Assembly: GCA_964016885.1 (NCBI GenBank)
Contig: OZ024747.1
Span: forward strand, 49,538,001 to 49,602,000
DNA from: Eledone cirrhosa
Taxonomy: Eukaryota
Length of the DNA stretch: 64,000 bases
Direction: 5' to 3'
The translations under genes were made by a program, and so were the position numbers. Below are positions 34,086 to 47,200 of the stretch, in pieces (position 1 is the stretch's first letter; every line of letters begins with the position of its first letter). The notes beneath the pieces were generated by a model. The model did no database searches and was not told the DNA's origin. It saw only the letters and a program-made list of their open reading frames with translations.

Positions 34086-37000
34086 ATGAGTGTCTGTGTC
34101 TGTTTACAGTTTATGTGAGTGTCTGTGTCTGTTTACAGTTTATGAGTGTCTGTGTCTGTTTACAGTTTATGAGTGTCTGTGTCTGTTTACAGTTTATGTG
34201 AGTGTCTCTGTCTGTTTACAGTTTGTGAGTGTCTGTGTCTGTTTACAGTTTGTGAGTGTCTGTGTCTGTTTACAGTTATGAGTGTCTGTGTCTGTTTACA
34301 GTTTATGAGAGTGTGTGTCTGTTTACAGTTTATGTGAGTGTGTGTCTGTTTACAGTTTATGAGCGTCTGTGTCTGTTTACAGTTTATGAGAGTGTCTGTG
34401 TCTGTTTACAGTTTATGAGAGTGTCTGTGTCTGTTTACAGTTTGTGAGTGTCCGTGTCTGTTTACAGTTTATGTCTGTGTCTGTTTACAGTTTATGAGAG
34501 TGTCTGTGTCTGTTTACAGTTTATGAGAGTGTCTGTGTCTGTTTACAGTTTATGTGAGTGTCTGTGTCTGTTTACAGTTTATGTGAGTGTCTGTGTCTGT
34601 TTAGAGTTTATGTGAGTGTCTGTGTCTGTTTAGAGTTTATGAGAGTGTCTGTGTCTGTTTACAGTTTATGAGTGTCTGTGTCTGTTTACAGTTTATGTGA
34701 GTGTCTGTGTCTGTTTAGAGTTTATGAGAGTGTCTGTGTCTGTTTAGAGTTTATGAGAGTGTCTGTGTCTGTTTACAGTTTATGAGAGTTTCTGTGTCTG
34801 TTTACAATTTATGAGTGTCTGTGTCTGTTTACAGTCTATGAGTGTCTGTGTCTATTTACAGTTTATGAGTGTCTGTGTCTCTTTACAGTTTATGTGAGTG
34901 TCTGTGTCTGTTTACAGTTTATGAGAGTGTCTGTGTCTGTTTACAGTTTATGAGAGTGTCTGTGTCTGTTTACAGTTTATGAGAGTGTCTCTGTCTGTTT
35001 ACAGTTATGAGTGTCTGTGTCTGTTTACAGTTTACGTGAGTGTCTGTGTCTGTTTACAGTTTACGTGAGTGTCTGTGTCTGTTTACAGTTTATGTGAGTG
35101 CCTGTGTCTGTTTAGAGTTTGTGAGTGCCTGTGTCTGTTTACAGTTTATGAGTGTCTGTGTCTGTTTACAGTTTATGAGTGTCTGTGTCTGTTTACAGTT
35201 TATGAGTGTCTGTGTCTGTTTACAGTTTATGAGTGTCTGTGTCTGTTTACAGTTTATGAGTGTCTGTGTCTGTTTACAGTTTATGAGTGTCTGTGTCTGT
35301 TTACATTTTATGTGAGTGTCTGTGTCTGTTTACAGTTTATGAGAGTGTCTGTGTCTGTGTCTGTTTACAATTTATGTGAGTGTCTGTGTCTGTTTACAGT
35401 TTGTGAGTGTCTGTGTCTGTTTACAGTTTGTGAGTGTCTGTGTCTGTTTACAGTTTGTGAGTGTCTGTGTCTGTTTACAGTTTATGAGTCTGTGTCTGTT
35501 TACAGTTTATGAGTGTCTGTGTCTGTTTACAGTTTATGTGAGTGTCTGTGTCTGTTTACAGTTTATGAGAGTGTCTGTGTCTGTTTACAGTTTATGAGTA
35601 TCTGTGTCTGTTTACAGTTTATGTGAGTGTGTGTCTGTTTACAGTTTATGAGTGTCTGTGTCTGTTTACAGTTTATGTGAGTGTCTGTGTCTGTTTACAG
35701 TTTATGTGAGTGTGTGTCTGTTTACAGTTTATGAGTATCTGTGTCTGTTTACAGTTTATGTGAGTGTGTGTCTGTTTACAGTTTATGAGTGTCTGTGTCT
35801 GTTTACAGTTTATGTGAGTGTCTGTGTCTGTTTACAGTTTATGAGAGTGTCTGTGTCTGTTTACAGTTTATGAGAGTGTGTGTCTGTTTACAGTTTATGT
35901 GAGTGTGTGTCTGTTTTCAGTTTATGTGAGTGTCTGTGTCTGTTTACAGTTTGAGAGTGTGTGTCTGTTTACAGTTTATGTGAGTGTCTGTGTCTGTTTA
36001 CAGTTTATGTGAGTGTGTGTTAGTTTACAGTTTATGAGTGTCTGTGTCTGTTTACAGTTTATGTGAGTGTCTGTGTCTGTTTACAGTTTATGAGAGAGTC
36101 TGTGTCTGTTTACAGTTTATGAGAGTGTCTGTGTCTGTTTACAGTTTATGAGAGTGTCTGAGTCTGTTTACAGTTTATTAGAGTGTCTGTGTCTGTTTAC
36201 AGTTTATGTGAGTGTCTGTGTCTCTTTACAGTTTATGTAGTGTCTGTGTCTGTTTACAGTTTATGTAGTGTCTGTGTCTGTTTACAGTTTATGTGAGTGT
36301 CTGTGTCTGTTTACAGTTTATTAGAGTGTCCGTGTCTGTTTACAGTTTATGAGAGTGGCTGTCTGTTTACAGTTTATGAGAGTGTCTGTGTCTGTTTACA
36401 GTTTATGAGAGTGTCTGTGTCTGTTTACAGTTTATGAGAGTGTCTGTGTCTGTTTACAGTTTATGAGAGTGTCTGTGTCTGTTTACAGTTTATGAGAGTG
36501 TCTGTGTTTGTTTACAGTTTATGTGAGTGTCTGTCTGTTTACAGTTTATGAGAGTGTCTGTGTCTGTTTACAGTTTATGAGTGTCTGTGTCTGTTTACAG
36601 TTTATGAGAGTGTCTGTGTCTGTTTACAGTTTATGAGTGTCTGTGTCTGTTTACAGTTTATGAGTGTCTGTGTCTGTTTACAGTTTATGAGAGTGTCTGT
36701 GTCTGTTTACAGTTTATGAGAGTGTCTGTGTCTGTTTACAGTTTGTGAGTGTCTGTGTCTGTTTAAAGTTTATGAGAGTGTCTGTGTCTGTTTACAGTTT
36801 ATGAGAGTGTCTGTGTCTGTTTACAGTTTATGAGAGTGTCTGTGTCTGTTTACATTTTATGAGAGTGTCTGTGTCTGTTTACAGTTTGTGAGTGTCTGTG
36901 TACAGTTTATGAGAGTGTCTGTGTCTGTTTACAGTTTATGTGAGTGTCTGTTTACAGTTTATGAGAGTGGCTGTGTCTGTTTACAGTTTGTGAGTGTCTG

Positions 37001-38204
37001 TGTCTGTTTACAGTTTATGTGAGTGTCTGTGTCTGTTTACAGTTTTTGTGAGTGTCTGTGTCTGTTTACAGTTTATGAGTGTCTGTGTCTGTTTACAGTT
37101 TATGTGAGTGTGTGTCTGTTTACAGTTTTTGAGTGTCTGTGTCTGTTTACAGTTTATGTGAGTGTCTGTGTCTGTTTACAGTTTATGTGAGTGTGTGTCT
37201 GTTTACAGTTTATGAGTGTCTGTGTCTGTTTACAGTTTATGTGTGTGTGTGTTTACAGTTTATGAGTGTCTGTGTCTGTTTACAGTTTATGTGAGTGTCT
37301 GTGTCTGTGTACAGTTTATGAGAGTGTCTGTGTCTGTTTACAGTTTATGAGAGTGTGTGTCTGTTTACAGTTTATGTGAGTGTGTGTCTGTTTACAGTTT
37401 ATGTGAGTGTCTGTGTCTGTTTACAGTTTATGAGAGTGTGTGTCTGTTTACAGTTTATGTGAGTGTCTGTGTCTGTTTACAGTTTATGTGAGTGTGTGTC
37501 TGTTTACAGTTTATGAGAGTGTGTGTCTGTTTACAGTTTATGTCTGTGTCTGTTTACAGTTTATGAGAGTGTCTGTGTCTGTTTACAGTTTATGAGAGTG
37601 TCTGTGTCTGTTTACAGTTTATGAGAGTGTCTGTGTCTGTTTACAGTTTATGAGAGTGTCTGTGTCTGTTTACAGTTTATGAGAGTGTCTGTGTCTGTTT
37701 ACAGTTTGTGAGTGTCTGTGTCTGTTTACAGTTTATGAGAGTGTCTGTGTCTGTTTACAGTTTATGAGAGTGTCTGTGTCTGTTTACAGTTTGTGAGTGT
37801 CTGTGTCTGTTTACAGTTTATGAGAGTGTCTGTGTCTGTTTAGAGTTTATGTGAGTGTCTGTTTACAGTTTACGAGAGTGTCTGTGTCTGTTTACAGTTT
37901 GTGAGTGTCTGTGTCTGTTTCGGTTTATGTGAGTGTCTGTGTCTGTTTACAGTTTATGTGAGTGTCTGTGTCTGTTTACAGTTTATCTGAGTGTCTGTGT
38001 CTGTTTACAGTTTATGAGTGTCTGTGTCTGTTTACAGTTTATGAGAGTGTGTGTCTGTTTACAGTTTATGTCAGTGTCTGTGTCTGTTTACAGTTTATGA
38101 GAGTGTCCGTGTCTGTTTACAGTTTATGAGAGTGTCTGTCTGTTTACAGTTTATGTGAGTGTCTGTTTACAGTTTATGTGAGTGTCTGTGTCTGTTTACA
38201 GTTT
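34086..38204 (+). repeat. Satellite type B block 2
   Basis: Copy of 24455-28544 with one extra 29-bp unit near 35030. Confidence 0.96.
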
Positions 38205-41200
38205 ATGTGTGTCTATCTGTTTACAGTCTATGTATGACTGTATCTGTTTACAGTTTATGTATGTCTGTATCTGTTTACAGTTTATGTATGTCTGTATCAG
38301 TTTACAGTTTATGTGTGTCTGTATCAGTTTACAGTTTATGTGTGTCTGTATCTGTTTACAGTTTATGTGTGTCTATCTGTTTACAGTCTATGTATGTCTG
38401 TATCTGTTTACAGTTTATGTATGTCTGTATCTGTCTACAGTTTATGTGTATCTGTAACTGTTTACAGTTTATGTATGTCTGTATATGTTTACAGTTTATG
38501 TATGTCTGTATCTGTTTACGGTTTATGTATGTCTGTGTGTGTTTACGGTTTATGTGTGTCTGTACCTGTTTACAGTTTATGTATGTCTGTATCTGTCTAC
38601 AGTTTATGTATGTCTGTATCTGTTTACAATCTATGTATGTCTGTATCTGTCTACAGTTTATGTGTGTCGGTACCTGTCTACAGTCTATGTATGTGTGTAC
38701 CTGTTTACAGTTTATGTATGTCTGTATCTGTTTACGGTCTATGTATGTGTGTATCTGTTTACAGCCTATGTATGTCTGTATCTGTTTACAGTTTATGTAT
38801 GTCTGTGTGTGTTTACAGTTTATGTGTGTCTGTATCTGTTTACAGTCTATGTATGACTGTATCTGTTTACAGTTTATGTATGACTGTATCTGTTTACAGT
38901 TTATATATGCCTGTATTTGTTTACAGTTTATGTATGTCTGTATCTGTTTACAGTCTATGTATGTCTGTATCTGTTTACAGTCTATGTATGTCTGTATCTG
39001 TTTACAGTCTATGTATGTCTGTATCTGTTTACGGTTTATGTATGTCTGTATCTGTTTACAGTTTATGTATGTCTGTATCTGTTTACAGTTTATGTATGTC
39101 TATCTGTTTACAGTTTATGTGTCTGTATCTGTTTACAGTTTATGTATGTCTGTGTCTGTTTATAGTTTATGTATGTCTGTATCTGTTTACAGTCTATGTA
39201 TGTCTGTATCTGTTTACAGTTTATGTATGTCTGTATCTGTTTACAGTTTATGTATGTCTGTATCTGTTTACAGTTTATGTATGTCTGTATCTGTTTACAG
39301 TTTGTGTCTATCTGTTTACAGTTTATGTGTCTATCTGTTTACAGTTTATGTATGTCTGTGTCTGTTTACAGTTTATGTATATCTGTACCTGTTTACAGTC
39401 TATGTATGTCTGTATCTGTTTACAGTTTATGTATGTCTGTATCTGTTTACAGTTTATGTATGTCTGTATCTGTTTACAGTCTATGTATGTCTATCTGTTT
39501 ACAGTTTATGTGTCTGTATCTGTTTACAGTCTATGTATGTCTGTATCTGTCTACAGTCTATGTATGTCTGTATCTGTCTACAGTCTATGTATGTCTGTAT
39601 CTGTCTACAGTCTATGTATGTCTGTATCTGTTTACAATTTATGTATGTCTGTATCTGTTTACAGTTTATGTATGTCTGTATCTGTTTACAGTCTATGTAT
39701 GTCTATCTGTTTACAGTTTATGTGTCTGTATCTGTTTACAGTCTATGTATGTCTGTATCTGTCTACAGTCTATGTATGTCTGTATCTGTTTACAGTTTAT
39801 GTATGTCTGTATCTGTTTACAGTTTATGTATGTCTGTATCTGTCTACAGTTTATGTATGTCTGTATCTGTTTACAGTTTATGTATGTCTGTATCTGTTTA
39901 CAGTCTATGTATGTCTATCTGTTTACAGTTTATGTGTCTGTATCTGTTTACAGTCTATGTATGTCTGTATCTGTCTACAGTTTATGTATGTCTGTATCTG
40001 TCTACAGTTTATGTATGTCTGTATCTGTTTACAGTTTATGTGTCTGTATCTGTTTACAGTTTATGTATGTCTGTATCTGTTTACAGTTTATGTGTCTATC
40101 TGTTTACAGTTTATGTGTGTCTATCTGTTTACAGTCTATGTATGACTGTATCTGTTTACAGTTTATGTATGTCTGTATCTGTTTACAGTTTATGTATGTC
40201 TGTATCAGTTTACAGTTTATGTGTGTCTGTATCTGTTTACAGTCTATGTGTGTCTATCTGTTTACAGTCTATGTATGTCTGTATCTGTTTACAGTTTATG
40301 TATGTCTGTATCTGTTTAAAGTTTATGTATGTCTATCAGTTTACAGTTTATGTGTGCCTGTATCTGTTTACAGTTTATGTGTGTCTATCTGTTTACAGTC
40401 TATGTATGACTGTATCTGTTTACAGTTTATGTATGTCTGTATCTGTTTACAGTTTATGTATGTCTGTATCAGTTTACAGTTTATGTGTGTCTGTATCTGT
40501 TTACAGTTTATGTGTGTCTATCTGTTTACAGTCTATGTATGTCTGTATCTGTTTACAGTTTATGTATGTCTGTATCTGTTTACAGTCTATGTATGTCTGT
40601 ATCTGTTTACAGTTTATGTATGTCTGTATCTGCTTACAGTTTATGTATGTCTGTATCTGTTTACAGTTTATGTATGTCTGTATCTGTTTACAGTTTATGT
40701 ATGTCTGTATCTGTTTACAGTCTATGTATGTCTGTATCTGTTTACAGTTTATGTATGTCTGTATCTGTTTACAGTTTATGTATGTCTATATCTGTTTACA
40801 GTCTATGTATGTCTGTATCTGTTTACAGTTTATGTATGTCTGTGTGTGTTTACAGTTTATGTGTGTCTGTATCTGTTTACAGTTTATGTATGTCTGTATC
40901 TGTTTACAGTTTATGTATGTCTGTATCTGTTTACAGTCTATGTATGTCTGTATCTGTTTACAGTTTATGTATGTCTGTATCTGTTTACAGTTTATGTATG
41001 TCTGTATCTGTTTACAGTTTATGTATGTCTGTATCTGTTTACAGTCTATGTATGTCTGTATCTGTTTACAGTCTATGTATGTCTGTATCTGTCTACAGTT
41101 TACGTGTGTCGGTACCTGTCTAGAGTCTATGTATGTGTGTACCTGTTTACAGTTTATGTATGTCTGTATCTGTTTACGGTCTATGTATGTGTGTATCTGT

Positions 41201-44200
41201 TTACAGTTTATGTATGTGTGTATCTGTTTACAGTTTATGTATGTCTGTATCTGTTTACAGTTTATGTATGTCTGTATCTGTTTACAGTTTATGTATGTCT
41301 ATATCTGTTTACAGTCTATGTATGTCTGTATCTGTTTACAGTTTATGTATGTCTGTGTGTGTTTACAGTTTATGTGTGTCTGTATCTGTTTACAGTTTAT
41401 GTATGTCTGTATCTGTTTACAGTTTATGTGTGTCTATCTGTTTACAGTCTATGTATGACTGTATCTGTTTACAGTTTATGTATATCTGTATCTGTTTACA
41501 GTTTATGTATGTCTGTATCAGTTTACAGTTTATGTGTGTCTGTATCTGTTTACAGTTTATGTGTGTCTATCTGTTTACAGTCTATGTATGTCTGTATCTG
41601 TTTACAGTTTATGTATGTCTGTATCTGTTTACAGTTTATGTATGTCTATCTGTTTACAGTTTATGTGTCTGTATCTGTTTACAGTTTATGTATGTCTGTG
41701 TCTGTTTATAGTTTATGTATGTCTGTACCTGTTTACAGTTTATGTATGTCTGTATCTGTTTACAGTTTATGTATGTCTGTATCTGTTTATAGTTTATATA
41801 TGCCTGTATCTGTTTACAGTTTATGTATGCCTGTATCTGTTTACAGTTTATGTATGTCTGTATCTGTTTACAGTCTATGTATGTCTGTATCTGTCTACAG
41901 TCTATGTATGTCTGTATCTGTTTACAATTTATGTATGTCTGTATCTGTTTACAGTTTATGTATGTCTGTATCTGTCTACAGTTTATGTATGTCTGTATCT
42001 GTTTACAGTCTATGTATGTCTATCTGTTTACAGTTTATGTGTCTGTATCTGTTTACAGTCTATGTATGTCTGTATCTGTCTACAGTCTATGTATGTCTGT
42101 ATTTGTTTACAGTTTATGCATGTCTGTATCTGTTTACAGTTTATGTATGTCTGTATCTGTCTACAGTTTATGTATGTCTGTATCTGTTTACAGTTTATGT
42201 ATGTATCTGTTTACAGTCTATGTATGTCTATCTGTTTACAGTTTATGTGTCTGTATCTGTTTACAGTCTATGTATGTCTGTATCTGTCTACAGTTTATGT
42301 ATGTCTGTATCTGTCTACAGTTTATGTATGTCTGTATCTGTTTACAGTCTATGTATGTCTGTATCTGTCTACAGTTTATGTATGTCTGTATCTGTCTACA
42401 GTTTATGTATGTCTGTATCTGTTTACAGTTTATGTGTCTGTATCTGTTTACAGTTTATGTATGTCTGTATCTGTTTACAGTTTATGTGTCTATCTGTTTA
42501 CAGTTTATGTGTGTCTATCTGTTTACAGTCTATGTATGACTGTATCTGTTTACAGTTTATGTATGTCTGTATCTGTTTACAGTTTATGTATGTCTGTATC
42601 AGTTTACAGTTTATGTGTGTCTGTATCTGTTTACAGTCTATGTGTGTCTATCTGTTTACAGTCTATGTATGTCTGTATCTGTTTACAGTTTATGTATGTC
42701 TGTATCTGTTTAAAGTTTATGTATGTCTATCAGTTTACAGTTTATGTGTGCCTGTATCTGTTTACAGTTTATGTGTGTCTATCTGTTTACAGTCTATGTA
42801 TGACTGTATCTGTTTACAGTTTATGTATGTCTGTATCTGTTTACAGTTTATGTATGTCTGTATCAGTTTACAGTTTATGTGTGTCTGTATCTGTTTACAG
42901 TTTATGTGTGTCTATCTGTTTACAGTCTATGTATGTCTGTATCTGTTTACAGTTTATGTATGTCTGTATCTGTTTACAGTCTATGTATGTCTGTATCTGT
43001 TTACAGTTTATGTATGTCTGTATCTGCTTACAGTTTATGTATGTCTGTATCTGTTTACAGTTTATGTATGTCTGTATCTGTTTACAGTTTATGTATGTCT
43101 GTATCTGTTTACAGTCTATGTATGTCTGTATCTGTTTACAGTTTATGTATGTCTGTATCTGTTTACAGTTTATGTATGTCTATATCTGTTTACAGTCTAT
43201 GTATGTCTGTATCTGTTTACAGTTTATGTATGTCTGTGTGTGTTTACAGTTTATGTGTGTCTGTATCTGTTTACAGTTTATGTATGTCTGTATCTGTTTA
43301 CAGTTTATGTATGTCTGTATCTGTTTACAGTCTATGTATGTCTGTATCTGTTTACAGTTTATGTATGTCTGTATCTGTTTACAGTTTATGTATGTCTGTA
43401 TCTGTTTACAGTTTATGTATGTCTGTATCTGTTTACAGTCTATGTATGTCTGTATCTGTTTACAGTCTATGTATGTCTGTATCTGTCTACAGTTTACGTG
43501 TGTCGGTACCTGTCTAGAGTCTATGTATGTGTGTACCTGTTTACAGTTTATGTATGTCTGTATCTGTTTACGGTCTATGTATGTGTGTATCTGTTTACAG
43601 TTTATGTATGTGTGTATCTGTTTACAGTTTATGTATGTCTGTATCTGTTTACAGTTTATGTATGTCTGTATCTGTTTACAGTTTATGTATGTCTATATCT
43701 GTTTACAGTCTATGTATGTCTGTATCTGTTTACAGTTTATGTATGTCTGTGTGTGTTTACAGTTTATGTGTGTCTGTATCTGTTTACAGTTTATGTATGT
43801 CTGTATCTGTTTACAGTTTATGTGTGTCTATCTGTTTACAGTCTATGTATGACTGTATCTGTTTACAGTTTATGTATATCTGTATCTGTTTACAGTTTAT
43901 GTATGTCTGTATCAGTTTACAGTTTATGTGTGTCTGTATCTGTTTACAGTTTATGTGTGTCTATCTGTTTACAGTCTATGTATGTCTGTATCTGTTTACA
44001 GTCTATGTATGTCTGTATCTGTCTACAGTCTATGTATGTCTGTATCTGTTTACAATTTATGTATGTCTGTATCTGTTTACAGTTTATGTATGTCTGTATC
44101 TGTCTACAGTTTATGTATGTCTGTATCTGTTTACAGTCTATGTATGTCTATCTGTTTACAGTTTATGTGTCTGTATCTGTTTACAGTCTATGTATGTCTG

Positions 44201-47200
44201 TATCTGTCTACAGTCTATGTATGTCTGTATTTGTTTACAGTTTATGCATGTCTGTATCTGTTTACAGTTTATGTATGTCTGTATCTGTCTACAGTTTATG
44301 TATGTCTGTATCTGTTTACAGTTTATGTATGTATCTGTTTACAGTCTATGTATGTCTATCTGTTTACAGTTTATGTGTCTGTATCTGTTTACAGTCTATG
44401 TATGTCTGTATCTGTCTACAGTTTATGTATGTCTGTATCTGTCTACAGTTTATGTATGTCTGTATCTGTTTACAGTTTATGTATGTCTGTATCTGTTTAC
44501 AGTTTATGTATGTCTGTATCTGTTTACAGTTTATGTATGTCTGTATCTGTTTACAGTTTATGTGTCTATCTGTTTACAGTTTATGTGTGTCTATCTGTTT
44601 ACAGTCTATGTATGACTGTATCTGTTTACAGTTTATGTATGTCTGTATCTGTTTACAGTTTATGTATGTCTGTATCTGTTTACAGTTTATGTATGCCTGT
44701 ATCAGTTTACAGTTTATGTGTGTCTGTATCTGTTTACAGTCTATGTGTGTCTATCTGTTTACAGTCTATGTATGTCTGTATCTGTTTACAGTTTATGTAT
44801 GTCTGTATCTGTTTACAGTTTATGTATGTCTATCAGTTTACAGTTTATGTGTGCCTGTATCTGTTTACAGTTTATGTGTGTCTATCTGTTTACAGTCTAT
44901 GTATGACTATCTGTTTACAGTTTATGTATGTCTGTATCTGTTTACAGTTTATGTATGTCTGTATCAGTTTACAGTTTATGTGTGTCTGTATCTGTTTACA
45001 GTTTATGTGTGTCTATCTGTTTACAGTCTATGTATGTCTGTATCTGTTTACAGTTTATGTATGTCTGTATCTGTCTACAGTTTATGTGTATCTGTAACTG
45101 TTTACAGTTTATGTATGTCTGTATATGTTTACAGTTTATGTATGTCTGTATCTGTTTACGGTTTATGTATGTCTGTGTGTGTTTACGGTTTATGTGTGTC
45201 TGTACCTGTTTACAGTTTATGTATGTCTGTATCTGTCTACAGTTTATGTATGTCTGTATCTGTTTACAATCTATGTATGTCTGTATCTGTCTACAGTTTA
45301 TGTGTGTCGGTACCTGTCTACAGTCTATGTATGTGTGTACCTGTTTACAGTTTATGTATGTCTGTATCTGTTTACGGTCTATGTATGTGTGTATCTGTTT
45401 ACAGCCTATGTATGTCTGTATCTGTTTACAGTTTATGTATGTCTGTGTGTGTTTACAGTTTATGTGTGTCTGTATCTGTTTACAGTCTATGTATGACTGT
45501 ATCTGTTTACAGTTTATGTATGACTGTATCTGTTTACAGTTTATATATGCCTGTATTTGTTTACAGTTTATGTATGTCTGTATCTGTTTACAGTCTATGT
45601 ATGTCTGTATCTGTTTACAGTCTATGTATGTCTGTATCTGTTTACAGTCTATGTATGTCTGTATCTGTTTACGGTTTATGTATGTCTGTATCTGTTTACA
45701 GTTTATGTATGTCTGTATCTGTTTACAGTTTATGTATGTCTATCTGTTTACAGTTTATGTGTCTGTATCTGTTTACAGTTTATGTATGTCTGTGTCTGTT
45801 TATAGTTTATGTATGTCTGTATCTGTTTACAGTCTATGTATGTCTGTATCTGTTTACAGTTTATGTATGTCTGTATCTGTTTACAGTTTATGTATGTCTG
45901 TATCTGTTTACAGTTTATGTATGTCTGTATCTGTTTACAGTTTGTGTCTATCTGTTTACAGTTTATGTGTCTATCTGTTTACAGTTTATGTATGTCTGTG
46001 TCTGTTTACAGTTTATGTATATCTGTACCTGTTTACAGTCTATGTATGTCTGTATCTGTTTACAGTTTATGTATGTCTGTATCTGTTTACAGTTTATGTA
46101 TGTCTGTATCTGTTTACAGTCTATGTATGTCTATCTGTTTACAGTTTATGTGTCTGTATCTGTTTACAGTCTATGTATGTCTGTATCTGTCTACAGTCTA
46201 TGTATGTCTGTATCTGTCTACAGTCTATGTATGTCTGTATCTGTCTACAGTCTATGTATGTCTCTATCTGTTTACAATTTATGTATGTCTGTATCTGTTT
46301 ACAGTTTATGTATGTCTGTATCTGTTTACAGTCTATGTATGTCTATCTGTTTACAGTTTATGTGTCTGTATCTGTTTACAGTCTATGTATGTCTGTATCT
46401 GTCTACAGTCTATGTATGTCTGTATCTGTTTACAGTTTATGTATGTCTGTATCTGTTTACAGTTTATGTATGTCTGTATCTGTCTACAGTTTATGTATGT
46501 CTGTATCTGTTTACAGTTTATGTATGTCTGTATCTGTTTACAGTCTATGTATGTCTATCTGTTTACAGTTTATGTGTCTGTATCTGTTTACAGTCTATGT
46601 ATGTCTGTATCTGTCTACAGTTTATGTATGTCTGTATCTGTCTACAGTTTATGTATGTCTGTATCTGTTTACAGTTTATGTGTCTGTATCTGTTTACAGT
46701 TTATGTATGTCTGTATCTGTTTACAGTTTATGTGTCTATCTGTTTACAGTTTATGTGTGTCTATCTGTTTACAGTCTATGTATGACTGTATCTGTTTACA
46801 GTTTATGTGTGTCTATCTGTTTACAGTCTATGTATGACTGTATCTGTTTACAGTTTATGTATGTCTGTATCTGTTTACAGTTTATGTATGTCTGTATCAG
46901 TTTACAGTTTATGTGTGTCTGTATCTGTTTACAGTTTATGTGTGTCTATCTGTTTACAGTCTATGTATGTCTGTATCTGTTTACAGTTTATGTATGTCTG
47001 TATCTGTTTACAGTCTATGTATGTCTGTATCTGTTTACAGTTTATGTATGTCTGTATCTGCTTACAGTTTATGTATGTCTGTATCTGTTTACAGTTTATG
47101 TATGTCTGTATCTGTTTACAGTTTATGTATGTCTGTATCTGTTTACAGTCTATGTATGTCTGTATCTGTTTACAGTTTATGTATGTCTGTATCTGTTTAC

